Below are positions 36,542-45,825 of a stretch of DNA of 64,000 nucleotides, piece after piece. This DNA comes from a virus. The stretch is taken from the IMG/VR virus record IMGVR_UViG_3300043449_000987, positions 1 to 64,000 of that record. One strand, given 5' to 3'. A program made the position numbers and the translations under genes. Positions within the stretch are counted from its first letter, which is position 1. Every line of letters begins with the position of its first letter. The notes under the pieces were generated by a model. That model was not told the DNA's origin, made no database searches, and worked only from the letters and a program-made list of their open reading frames with translations.

Positions 36542-37411
36542 CTAACTAATTTCTCGTGTTCTATCGATAAATCTACGTGCATCAATTTTGTTCATTTTTA
36601 GACTTTCTGGATCGTAAAGAACATCATTAGAAGGATAAGGCAACTTCTTTAATTGTTTCAGATTTATATTGTGAAAAGCAATGAAGTCTTCAAGGGTTCT
36701 GGCCTGCTCTAATGCAGAAAAATATCTATTTTTACCATACTCTAATAAATCAACAACCTCATTATAGTTATGATTTTTAGAAAATGGAACATATAGGGTT
36801 TTAATACTATTTTCACCAACAACTCTATATGATCCAGTTGGCATACCATATATGTCAATACCCCTGACAAACCAACTTAAAGAAAGGTGTTCTTCTTCTC
36901 CATTGTATTTTAAATATACTGGATATTTTACAATTTTTAAATGATCTCTTTTAGCAAAAATAAGTGCTCTATCAACATAATTGTTTAATGTAAACGTATC
37001 AGAGTCAGAATAAACCTTTTTTAAATAAAAAATATTTTCAAACTCTAATGATATTTTACCCTGTCCAGATACAACACAATTATTTTTTTCAACAAAATCT
37101 ACTAGTGTAATGTCCCAGTTTTTTTCTAACAAAACGTTATCTTCAAGAAACAGTATGTAATCTGATTTTGACCTGTTTAAAAATGAATATTTTTGTTGAC
37201 ATTGATTTGTTAGCCAATCCCAAAATACATGCTGATAGTAAACATTTGGCATATTACGAAAAGTCTCAGACCTATCTAATGGATGCTGATCAATTACTGC
37301 TATATTAATATAACTGCTTTGGCTCTTATTAATAATTAAATTTTCAACAGTTTCTTTTAGATTTTTACCCTTGTACGAATAAATTAAAACATCAATCTTG
37401 TTCATCGTCAT
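36542..37411 (-). CDS. GT-A fold glycosyltransferase-like protein
   Basis: V.I.SYK..L.ETV, IDQ, YILFLED...WD, GEE..LS. Confidence 0.55.
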   Translation of the reverse strand: MTMNKIDVLIYSYKGKNLKETVENLIINKSQSSYINIAVIDQHPLDRSETFRNMPNVYYQHVFWDWLTNQCQQKYSFLNRSKSDYILFLEDNVLLEKNWDITLVDFVEKNNCVVSGQGKISLEFENIFYLKKVYSDSDTFTLNNYVDRALIFAKRDHLKIVKYPVYLKYNGEEEHLSLSWFVRGIDIYGMPTGSYRVVGENSIKTLYVPFSKNHNYNEVVDLLEYGKNRYFSALEQARTLEDFIAFHNINLKQLKKLPYPSNDVLYDPESLKMNKIDARRFIDRTREIS

Positions 37412-38168
37412 GGTTTACCTGTCTAATATCTTTATTCTTTACACCAAAAATTTTTCTTCTCCATGCAGTTTGTTTGTAATACCCATACAGCCTAGATCTT
37501 CTATTCTCTGCCATCAATTCATGCCTATCTAATGCCTCATCGGTTTCTTCAACTTCTAGTTGCCACTCATCTCTTTTAAAAGGAATTATTTGAAAAATTG
37601 GAGTACCTTTGGGGATAATCCCCTGAAAATCTTTTTGCAGAAAAAACGCTGTAAAAACTGGTAAACCCCAAATATCAGACTCAACTATTCCAGACATAGT
37701 ATAAAAAGGAAGATCGTACCTATTCATTGGGTGTGTAATTAAAACAGAATAACCAGGTGGTGTTTCATAATACCAGTTCATTCTCCACCCGTAATGAATT
37801 GGGTGACAGTTATTTGGTACTGGCAACTCAATTGTTGGTCTCTTGTCAACAAGCATTACATCACCACCCCATGATAATTTTGGCTTACCAAACTCATCTA
37901 ATTCAACCAATATGTCTTCTTCAAGTACATAATGGTATCCCCCAGTAAGGGCATCAAAAAATGGCATGCACATTTTGGTTGCTACCATTGCGCCATCTGC
38001 TCCTAGATTATTTTTTACACCCAGAGTAATATCATCATTTGATTTGTCAAATCTTGCAAGACTCCTATACCATTCTGGTACCGTTGAAACGGCAGGAACT
38101 GGTGGTGTTAATCTACCATCATGTCCAACAAATCCTGGTGTAAATTTTATATCTAATGGTTTACTCAC
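37392..38168 (-). CDS. DUF6065-like protein (dUTPase-like beta fold)
   Basis: P.PA...PEWY, K.CMPFFD, TPPGYS, GIVESD, KGTP..QIIPFKR. Confidence 0.6.
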   Translation of the reverse strand: MSKPLDIKFTPGFVGHDGRLTPPVPAVSTVPEWYRSLARFDKSNDDITLGVKNNLGADGAMVATKMCMPFFDALTGGYHYVLEEDILVELDEFGKPKLSWGGDVMLVDKRPTIELPVPNNCHPIHYGWRMNWYYETPPGYSVLITHPMNRYDLPFYTMSGIVESDIWGLPVFTAFFLQKDFQGIIPKGTPIFQIIPFKRDEWQLEVEETDEALDRHELMAENRRSRLYGYYKQTAWRRKIFGVKNKDIRQVNHDDEQD

Positions 38169-38887
38169 TTATATTCTTTCTTTGATCTGGATTTAATCTT
38201 GTATCCATTTACAAAGGTGCTTCGTACATTAAGTCTTTGTTTGGTAAACCGTTTAGATGCAATTTCGTTTGGAACAATTTCCATCTTCCAGTCTTCTCTT
38301 TTAATAGGAACTACCTGAACTAATGGTGTGCCCTGTTTAACAACACCCTTAAAACCTTTTTCAACCCAAAAGGATAGGTGACCATCTGAAATAAACTTAT
38401 CAGTGTCAACAAAAGCACTTACAGCCTGAAACGGTGTAGGGTCTTTGTGTACTGGATTCATAAATAGTGTGCTATATCCCTCTGGTGTTTCAACTGCCCA
38501 AAAAGGCATGATTCTAAATAAATCTTTGTGAAACTTATCTTTATCATATGGCATTTCACTATATTGTTCACGTCCATGCTTTGCAAACATGTCACCCTCA
38601 AATTGTTTTAGTGGCATGGGTATAGAGAATGTAATTTTTTCTGGATCAGTAGAATCTATATAAATATCGCAAGGGCTTAGAATTAAATATCCACTAGTCA
38701 TAAGATCAAAGAATGGCATACAGCGCTTTACGGTTGAAGTAGCAAATCCCTGTTTAATTGTTTGCTCATCATCAATTGATCCTGGCTGTCTTTTATACCA
38801 CTCTGGAACCATTTTAGATGCTGGAACTGGTTCTGGTGTAAAACTTTGTGTTTTTTCACTAAACGGGTAAAACTTAATGTTGTTCAT
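38165..38887 (-). CDS. DUF6065-like protein, tandem paralog
   Basis: Same motifs (KRCMPFFD, TPEGYS, GTPLVQVVP.KR). Confidence 0.6.
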   Translation of the reverse strand: MNNIKFYPFSEKTQSFTPEPVPASKMVPEWYKRQPGSIDDEQTIKQGFATSTVKRCMPFFDLMTSGYLILSPCDIYIDSTDPEKITFSIPMPLKQFEGDMFAKHGREQYSEMPYDKDKFHKDLFRIMPFWAVETPEGYSTLFMNPVHKDPTPFQAVSAFVDTDKFISDGHLSFWVEKGFKGVVKQGTPLVQVVPIKREDWKMEIVPNEIASKRFTKQRLNVRSTFVNGYKIKSRSKKEYK

Positions 38888-39524
38888 AAAAGTCCTTTAC
38901 TCTTTCTACTATTGTACCACTTCCTTCAAAAACAATATCAAACAGTGGGGTATTTAGTTTTATTTTACCAAATTTATCACTCACCATGTGAGGGCCAACC
39001 CTTTTAAATTTAAAAGACACAAAATCTGGTTCTAAAATAGACTGATCTATCATCATCTTTTCTCTTTGCACACTTGTTTCATATATAAAAAACGGAGAAT
39101 CTTCTTGTGGCTGCTCTATTGATATTTTAACATTTTCATCAATAACCCATGGTGTATAAAACTTATAGGTCGGATCAAAGCATCCGTCAACCTTTTCTGG
39201 ATGCTCTTTAGTTTGATAGTATTGTCGCATCCAAGGTCTATCTAAATTAAAAAATTGATTGTGTCTTTTTTCTAAAAGAAAAAATTCTGCGTGATTATAC
39301 TGTCTAAGTCTAATAATATTATCTGATATATCTATTAATTTTGGTTTTGGATATAAAACTTCAACATACCTATTAATTGGCTTTATGATTGTAGTCTTAT
39401 AAACTAAACTTTTGTTTTCCTCAAAAGAATACCATTTAATGGGTATGCGTGAATTCCTAGATATCTCAGAAAAAACTGGATCGTAGGTTTCATACCATAG
39501 ATTAAAATTATAATTTTCAGACAT
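38874..39524 (-). CDS. Hypothetical protein
   Basis: 216 aa at the head of the operon. Confidence 0.6.
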   Translation of the reverse strand: MSENYNFNLWYETYDPVFSEISRNSRIPIKWYSFEENKSLVYKTTIIKPINRYVEVLYPKPKLIDISDNIIRLRQYNHAEFFLLEKRHNQFFNLDRPWMRQYYQTKEHPEKVDGCFDPTYKFYTPWVIDENVKISIEQPQEDSPFFIYETSVQREKMMIDQSILEPDFVSFKFKRVGPHMVSDKFGKIKLNTPLFDIVFEGSGTIVERVKDFYEQH

Positions 39525-39533
39525 AATATTTTG

Positions 39534-39607
39534 CTGGCCTGGTAGGACTCGAACCTACAACCTGTCGATTAACAGTCGACTGCAACTGCCAGTTGTGCTA
39601 CAGGCCA
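39534..39607 (-). tRNA. tRNA-Asn(GTT)
   Basis: GTCGA-CTGTTAA-TCGAC; TGGCCTG/CAGGCCA acceptor stem. Confidence 0.95.
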
Positions 39608-39610
39608 ATG

Positions 39611-41071
39611 CTACTTCCTTTCTACCTTAATAACATCTCCAAAGGCACCAGCCTCTATAACAGTTATCTTAATATTATTATATACTATATAGTCATTTAG
39701 TTTTAGCACTGAGTTTGATCCCTCAAATAGTGTGCTTCTTGTAGACCTATTTGATGGATTAAGCAACATCATTCCATCATTGTGGTCTGTTACAGTTTCG
39801 TCAATTAAATAAACTAAGGCGCCATGTGCTTCTTTCCCTAGTTTAAAGTTAAACCCATATGGCCTAATTGATTCAATACCAATTGCTTTATTATTGCCTA
39901 GCGGTATCATAACAAGTTTAGTCTTACTTGATTTAACTGTTGACGGAACAACCCAACTAACCGATGTTGATGTTGGCGATTGACACTTAATTTGATCATT
40001 TGCATAAAATCCAAGTAACCATTTGTGCCAACCAAGCAAATCAGTCGTTGATCTCCCCATAATACCCCAATGCCCCATCGTTTGTGTTGGACCATCTGCT
40101 GTATCTGCAAGACCTAACCCAGTATGCCACATCTCATGTAGCCACCATGCTGGGTGTTTTAAACCATAAAACATGTATCTTTTATTCTCAAAATTTGGAG
40201 CAGCCATAGCATCAACAATAATATTTCCTTCATTAGTATTAACTCTATCAAGACCTGACTGCTCAAATATTGACTCAGGTGTTCCAGAAGGTACTAAGAC
40301 AAGCGCCATATTAGCGCCAGCAAAATTAATAGAATTATCTACCTGAGAAATTAAAGCAGAAAGAAAGGTTGCTGCCTGCTCATTTGTTCTTAGGTGAGTT
40401 ACATTATAATTTGACAATTTACCATTAAACTTAATATAGTTATCTGGAACCCTAAACTCTACGCTTGATGGCACATCTGAGTTATATTCAAGATATTTTT
40501 TAACATAGTTAAAATATGCTGAGTAATCTTGCACAGGTGTATTGCCAGTTAATGGGGCATCTTCAGAGTAGATTGGAATAATTTGAAAAACTGTTTTTGG
40601 TGATGGATGTCTACTAGCAAAAAACCAATTGTCAGATCCGAAACCATTTGTACCTAGGTGTGATCTACTATCTTGAATCATGCAACTATCTATAGGCATT
40701 AAGGCATCACTAGTGATTGTTGTTGGTGTTTCAGAGACTAAAGATGATTCAACAATGCGATATGGACTACTGCATCCACCCAAACTTCTATACCAAGAAT
40801 CAAATGCAAGCCACTCTTTTGGAGTTAATGGATCGACGTCGCATACACCAATTTCTGGTTTAGAAATTTCAGTCTTGGGAACTTCTTGAGTTTTGGTTGT
40901 AGCAGGCTTTGGTAATTCTGTCCATCTATAAACATATCCTATTTTTTTACAAATTAACCCATTTTTAATTTTATCTACTTGTTTATATGAACAAACCTTG
41001 GTTGTTGCTGCTTCTGCTGAAAATGTTGGAAATACTAGCGCTAAACTAATTAATACAACAAGTTTCTTCAT
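39611..41071 (-). CDS. Secreted zinc metallopeptidase (M6-like)
   Basis: Signal peptide (AEA), HEMWHTGLGL.D, WGIMG. Confidence 0.7.
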   Translation of the reverse strand: MKKLVVLISLALVFPTFSAEAATTKVCSYKQVDKIKNGLICKKIGYVYRWTELPKPATTKTQEVPKTEISKPEIGVCDVDPLTPKEWLAFDSWYRSLGGCSSPYRIVESSLVSETPTTITSDALMPIDSCMIQDSRSHLGTNGFGSDNWFFASRHPSPKTVFQIIPIYSEDAPLTGNTPVQDYSAYFNYVKKYLEYNSDVPSSVEFRVPDNYIKFNGKLSNYNVTHLRTNEQAATFLSALISQVDNSINFAGANMALVLVPSGTPESIFEQSGLDRVNTNEGNIIVDAMAAPNFENKRYMFYGLKHPAWWLHEMWHTGLGLADTADGPTQTMGHWGIMGRSTTDLLGWHKWLLGFYANDQIKCQSPTSTSVSWVVPSTVKSSKTKLVMIPLGNNKAIGIESIRPYGFNFKLGKEAHGALVYLIDETVTDHNDGMMLLNPSNRSTRSTLFEGSNSVLKLNDYIVYNNIKITVIEAGAFGDVIKVERK

Positions 41072-41274
41072 TAAATCATAATCCTAACTACATGACAACA
41101 TGGGTCGCCTCCTGCTTCCCATTCTTCTAATTCTTCTTCCCCCATAAACTCATATCCACCATCATGAGTGTTACAGTATGGATCGGATACCCAGCCACGT
41201 TCAATACCGTTTGAAAGCCAAATACCAAATTCTTGTTCTTCTTGTGATAAGTCTTCACTATGTGTATGATTCAT
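41071..41274 (-). CDS. Phage hypothetical protein
   Basis: W...GIERGW...C.THDG..DPC; leaderless. Confidence 0.7.
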   Translation of the reverse strand: MNHTHSEDLSQEEQEFGIWLSNGIERGWVSDPYCNTHDGGYEFMGEEELEEWEAGGDPCCHVVRIMI

Positions 41275-41289
41275 ATAATAAGTATACCG

Positions 41290-41814
41290 CTAAACACTTA
41301 CTACGTCAACTGGACCCATGCATGATGGACTAAACTTAATTGCTGCATTAACAGCAGATACTACACGATTTCTTGCATTTTTTTGTTTGTCGGTTGCATA
41401 TAAAACACCATAGGCATATTCTGCGCCAGAACCCATTGCAAGATATGGAAGTGTGTATTTAGATAAAGACATATCTGCAGAACTGTGCTCATAGATTTCT
41501 CCACGAACACAAATAATTAATCCAAGATCTCCATCTTTAGATGTATCAACCCAAAACTCATTATAAAATTCTTTAAGTTCTTTAATAAATTTAGTTTGCA
41601 TAAACTTATCTGTATCTTTTATATTTGGTGCACTTGGTTTAAAGTTGTATCGAATTCTTTCACCATCCATTGCACCTGCATAGCCAATTAGATATGGACC
41701 AATCTTCCAAACTTTTGGTGCATCGAGTGCTAAAATTGTTCCATCATCAGATGCACCACGATCACCAGCCATATAAACTTTATCGTCTTGTTTTACTACA
41801 GCAATACAGGTCAT
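41290..41814 (-). CDS. Proteasome-beta/HslV-like Ntn hydrolase
   Basis: N-terminal MTC, AGDR, PKV, AMGSG..YA.G. Confidence 0.8.
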   Translation of the reverse strand: MTCIAVVKQDDKVYMAGDRGASDDGTILALDAPKVWKIGPYLIGYAGAMDGERIRYNFKPSAPNIKDTDKFMQTKFIKELKEFYNEFWVDTSKDGDLGLIICVRGEIYEHSSADMSLSKYTLPYLAMGSGAEYAYGVLYATDKQKNARNRVVSAVNAAIKFSPSCMGPVDVVSV

Positions 41815-41889
41815 GACAAACCCCTTCTAACAGTTAGAGTTATAAGTATACCATCTGTTGAAGGGGTGGGTCAAGCAAGCAAAATATGA

Positions 41890-42174
41890 TTAATTAGCCT
41901 TTTTATCTACAGTTTTAAACGCATCATTGATTTCTGTCAATGTGAGTTTTCCATCGTCCAAAAAAGCCCTTGCAAGCCTTTCAACGACCGTTGCTACGCC
42001 TAGTAAACCTGCAAGCATTACTGCCTGTATTGTATCAATTCCTACTACCGCTCCAGCACCAAGTACTGATAAACCAGAAGCAGCAAACACTGCTACAATA
42101 CGCATTAATATATTTGTCAAAGCCTTTTGTGGGTGTTCTTTTTTAGTAGCCTCTACTATTTTTTTAGTTGCCAT
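41890..42174 (-). CDS. Membrane protein (holin-like)
   Basis: Two TMs; DDGKLT..EI. Confidence 0.55.
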   Translation of the reverse strand: MATKKIVEATKKEHPQKALTNILMRIVAVFAASGLSVLGAGAVVGIDTIQAVMLAGLLGVATVVERLARAFLDDGKLTLTEINDAFKTVDKKAN

Positions 42175-42175
42175 T

Positions 42176-42403
42176 TTAGTCCTCCTTATCCTTATTATTT
42201 GCCTTTGCTCCAAAGTATCCACCAATAATACCAATGAGACCTCCAAGAGCAGTTTGTACTAATGTCATTACTTCTGCAGATACTTCTACTGGTTCCCCAG
42301 TTTTTTGTGTTTCAAGTGCTGCCGTTACGTAATCGCCAACAATTGCTGTAATGATTGCTAAACCAACCATTATTGATAATGTATAAATTACTTTATCTTT
42401 CAT
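42176..42403 (-). CDS. Two-TM membrane protein
   Basis: Hydrophobic; GIIGGYFG. Confidence 0.6.
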   Translation of the reverse strand: MKDKVIYTLSIMVGLAIITAIVGDYVTAALETQKTGEPVEVSAEVMTLVQTALGGLIGIIGGYFGAKANNKDKED

Positions 42404-42609
42404 TAGTCTTCCTTTCTTAACGGAATTGTGATTAGCCAAATTATTGTTGTTGCAACTACAGCAATACCAACAATGTCTCTTGCTGATCCCGTCAAAGTTA
42501 GCCATGCGATGAAGAAGCCAAGGAGAGTAAAGGCCTGTGCAATTACTTCCACCCCTGCATCTTTAAGCCATGTGAAGAATCCTTTCACAACTTTTTTGAT
42601 TATTTTCAT
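42403..42609 (-). CDS. Two-TM membrane protein
   Basis: Hydrophobic; TLTGSARD. Confidence 0.65.
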   Translation of the reverse strand: MKIIKKVVKGFFTWLKDAGVEVIAQAFTLLGFFIAWLTLTGSARDIVGIAVVATTIIWLITIPLRKED

Positions 42610-42610
42610 A

Positions 42611-44620
42611 TTACCTCCTCATCCCAATTATTGTGCTTGCTATTTGTGAAACAATTACAACTGGTATAACTACCTCTTGGGCCTTTTCCCTCTGATCGTC
42701 TGTCATATCGCTACCCAACTCAGAGAAATTAGATAGTAATTCTAGTGGGTCCACATTAAATAATGCTCCAAGTGGATCTGCCAAGAATGCTTCTGTTTGT
42801 ACCTCTGTTACTGCATCTGCTAATGTAAATGGCATTGGGGTATCTCCTGCATCCTTTGCTCTTTCTGAGAACTCAACAAATGCTGATGCAAGTGTTGGAT
42901 TAGACTTCATCTGGTCTGCAATCTTTGCAACTTCTCCTGCAGAAATACCAAGATTTCCAGCAATTTCTGCCTTTGCTTCTTGTGTTAAAGCCTTAAGTGT
43001 TTGACTAACTGCAGCAACTTGTTCTGGTGATAGTTTAACTAATTTGTTATCTTTGCTTGTAAGGTTAGCAATAACTCCAGATAAATCTTCTGTTGTTCCT
43101 GTTCCCTTTTCAGGAATTAATGCTGCCAATTCTTTATCTTGTATGATAGGATTATCTTGTGGTTCTTCAGAAGGTTCGGCAGGAGTTGGCTCTGGTTCAG
43201 GAGTTGGCTCTTGATCTATATCCGTTGACTGAGGTGAAGGCTCTGGTTCTGGCTCTTGAGAGGTCTCAGGCTCAGGGGTTGGCTCTGGAGTCGCCTCATG
43301 TGTGGTTTCAGGGGTTGGCTCTGGAGTGGGATCGACTTGTTGTGTTTGCTCAGGAGATGGTTCAATAGTAGGCTGATTTGCTGCAGCGTTTGCTGCTGCC
43401 TGTGCTATTGCAATTTGAATTTCTCTTTCTTTTTGTTCTTTATAATAGTCCCATGCATCATCAATAGAGTTGTTTAGGTTTACTAAAGACTGCTCATATG
43501 CTAATTCTGCAGCATTCTTGGCTGATAGAGAAGTTGTTAGATTTGTTTGAGCAGTTGTTAGGTTTTGTTCTGCAGTTGTTAGGTTTGTTTGTGCTGTTGT
43601 TAGGTTTTGAACTTCTTGATTGTATATAGATAGTTTGTCATTATAAACTTCTTGTGCTGATTGTTGTGCTGCAACTGCATTATTATATGCAGAAATTTGT
43701 GTTGCTGTTGGTCCAGATCCAGAAGAAAATGTATTTAAATTACAACTAAACCCTACTCCCCACCCACCAGTATAATCACAACCAGCACCAGTCCATCCGC
43801 CAGGGATTGCCCATCCAAGATGATAAGATCCTGGACCTCCACCGTTATACCACCATATTTCTACATCTAAAGTTTTATCTTGACTAACATCATATACTGG
43901 AGAATATGCACTCCATCTAACTCCTTGCTCTACCCAGTTGTTAATAGCAAGTTGTCCATTAACGTACATTTTAAAACCATCATCTGTATAGCCTGCAAAA
44001 TAAGTTGATGTCCAATGTGAAGGAACTGTAATAGTTCCAGTAAACTTTACAACAATATTTTCATATCTGTTTCCACAAACTGGCAATTGCATTGAATTTG
44101 AATTCCAAGTTCCAGAACAAATAACAGAATCTGGTGTTGCTATACTTGGCCATGTTCTTACTAAATTATAAACAGTATAAGAAAGTCCTTGTCCACTGGC
44201 TGATTGCATGTTTGCCTGTGTTGTTTGAACATTTAGGTTTGCAATATCTAACGCATCCTGAGCATTATTTTTATTAGTTAGGGCTGTGGCTACCGTAATA
44301 GTTTGTCCATCTACTGTTGATTGTGCTAAGGTCTTTGCTTCAACTGCCGTGGCTTCTGCCTCAACTGCATTATTATAGGCTGCTGTAGCACTATCTTGTG
44401 CTATTTTTGCTGAGTAAGCAATATCATATTTATCCTCTGCGACCTCAATTAGCCCATTAAACTCATCCTTATAGTTAAGGTCATCAGCACTGTCTTTAAG
44501 GTCTTGTATTTCTTGGGCAGCAACTGCTAGTGGATCATCAGAATGTGCGTCTGTAGGGGCTATTAGGAGCCACCCAAAGGCTAATATAGTGGCTGTTGCT
44601 ATGCGGAATAATCGCTTTAT
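42611..44620 (-). CDS. Surface protein: signal peptide, coiled coil, PA14 domain, PEPT repeats, C-terminal anchor (probable ATA start)
   Basis: Frame stays open 137 codons upstream of ATG 44209; GGAGG RBS before ATA 44620; TDDG..YVNG..W and YN.GG PA14 motifs. Confidence 0.75.
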   Translation of the reverse strand: MKRLFRIATATILAFGWLLIAPTDAHSDDPLAVAAQEIQDLKDSADDLNYKDEFNGLIEVAEDKYDIAYSAKIAQDSATAAYNNAVEAEATAVEAKTLAQSTVDGQTITVATALTNKNNAQDALDIANLNVQTTQANMQSASGQGLSYTVYNLVRTWPSIATPDSVICSGTWNSNSMQLPVCGNRYENIVVKFTGTITVPSHWTSTYFAGYTDDGFKMYVNGQLAINNWVEQGVRWSAYSPVYDVSQDKTLDVEIWWYNGGGPGSYHLGWAIPGGWTGAGCDYTGGWGVGFSCNLNTFSSGSGPTATQISAYNNAVAAQQSAQEVYNDKLSIYNQEVQNLTTAQTNLTTAEQNLTTAQTNLTTSLSAKNAAELAYEQSLVNLNNSIDDAWDYYKEQKEREIQIAIAQAAANAAANQPTIEPSPEQTQQVDPTPEPTPETTHEATPEPTPEPETSQEPEPEPSPQSTDIDQEPTPEPEPTPAEPSEEPQDNPIIQDKELAALIPEKGTGTTEDLSGVIANLTSKDNKLVKLSPEQVAAVSQTLKALTQEAKAEIAGNLGISAGEVAKIADQMKSNPTLASAFVEFSERAKDAGDTPMPFTLADAVTEVQTEAFLADPLGALFNVDPLELLSNFSELGSDMTDDQREKAQEVVIPVVIVSQIASTIIGMRR
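43160..43612 (-). repeat. Intragenic repeats: PEPT/PEPS tract and 21 bp NLTTA(Q/E) heptads
   Basis: Translation NLTTAQT NLTTAEQ NLTTAQT NLTTS; repeated PTPEP. Confidence 0.8.
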
Positions 44621-44678
44621 TTGCCTTCCTCCTCGCAGACTAGATGTCTGATAGGATGATTATACCATTTTATTGCAT

Positions 44679-44710
44679 AAAAAAGAGGGCCAGTGTATAA
44701 CTGACCCTCT
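44679..44710 (-). terminator. Intrinsic terminator
   Basis: AGAGGGTCAGT..ACTGGCCCTCT + TTTTT on the minus strand, after the gene ending at 44725. Confidence 0.75.
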
Positions 44711-44724
44711 AATTTATAAGTTAA

Positions 44725-45807
44725 TTACTTAACTAGTGTAACCTTTGACTTTGGATTAGCCTTGTTCCACTTTGTAGCAAGTGCATTGAATGCTTTCTTA
44801 ATTGCAGCAAGTGCAGCAGCATTATCTGCCTTTAACTTTGCAATTTCTGCATCCTTAGCAGCGATTGTTGCTGTTGCAGAGTCTGTTGCAGACTTTAGAT
44901 CTGCTGCAGCCTTAGTTGCTGCTGCTGCTGCGTTAGCATTTGCGGTTGCAAGAGCAGCATCTGCTACAGCCTTGGCAGCAACTGCTGCATCTGCAATAGC
45001 CTTTTGTGCTGCAAGTTCAGAAAGAAGATCACGAACTGTGATTGTCTTTACTACGCTTGAGGTTACTGTGTTGAATCCTGCTACTGCAGTTGCAACATCA
45101 GATGCGTTGGTAACAGAAACAACAAGTGTTGAAGAACCTGTTGCTGGAAGTGTTACCTTAAATTCTGCTTGACCAAAATTGGTTAGAGTTGAACCAGTTG
45201 TAGCAGTAGTTGTATCAAGGGTTCCGCCAACAACAAGTGCTGTTAGGCCCTTACCTGATACCTTATTTCCAAATACGTCTGTTGCTGTTACTGTTGCAGT
45301 TACAACGCTTGAAGTTGTTCCGCCATCGGCAGCAGAAACTGATACGGTATTAATCTTACCTGCAGTTCCTTGTACGTAATATGTAAGTGTTGTTCCGCCA
45401 TTTGTAATTGCAACTGTTCCAATTGCGGTTGTCTTTGTATAGACATAAAATGTTGCGGTTGTTCCTGTACCAGTTGCAATTGTCAAGGATGATGATCCTG
45501 ATGATGCAGATACTGGTGCAGCAGATGTGTGTAGTGCAGACACGATTGTTGCATTAGTAGTTACTACAGAAACATTTGTTCCTGTATCAACTGTTGCGAC
45601 GAACTTTAGTGCGTCAGCAGCATCAACTGTATTGTCTGCAGGGACTGGCAATGCAGCAGGAGTAGCAATTGCGGAAGCGGTTGTATTAGCCGTTCCGTCA
45701 AGAGATACAGCGACTGTCATTACAGCAGCACTTGCAGGTGATGCCACGATTGTTGCGGTAGTCATGGCTGCAACCACGGCTAGAGCGATTTTCTTAAATG
45801 ACTTCAT
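44725..45807 (-). CDS. Secreted Ala/Thr-rich Ig-like protein with C-terminal coiled coil
   Basis: Signal peptide (PASA), TATDVFGN Ig-like motif, Ala/Lys helix. Confidence 0.7.
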   Translation of the reverse strand: MKSFKKIALAVVAAMTTATIVASPASAAVMTVAVSLDGTANTTASAIATPAALPVPADNTVDAADALKFVATVDTGTNVSVVTTNATIVSALHTSAAPVSASSGSSSLTIATGTGTTATFYVYTKTTAIGTVAITNGGTTLTYYVQGTAGKINTVSVSAADGGTTSSVVTATVTATDVFGNKVSGKGLTALVVGGTLDTTTATTGSTLTNFGQAEFKVTLPATGSSTLVVSVTNASDVATAVAGFNTVTSSVVKTITVRDLLSELAAQKAIADAAVAAKAVADAALATANANAAAAATKAAADLKSATDSATATIAAKDAEIAKLKADNAAALAAIKKAFNALATKWNKANPKSKVTLVK

Positions 45808-45825
45808 TTAATTTATTCCTTTTCT

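Noticed and set aside
44762-45811. Plus-strand ORFs opposite the Ala/Thr-rich gene, and similar shadows (e.g. 206-451, 3510-3782, 18222-18545, 21960-22385, 34001-34381)
   Set aside because: Antisense or off-frame shadows of real genes without RBS or motifs
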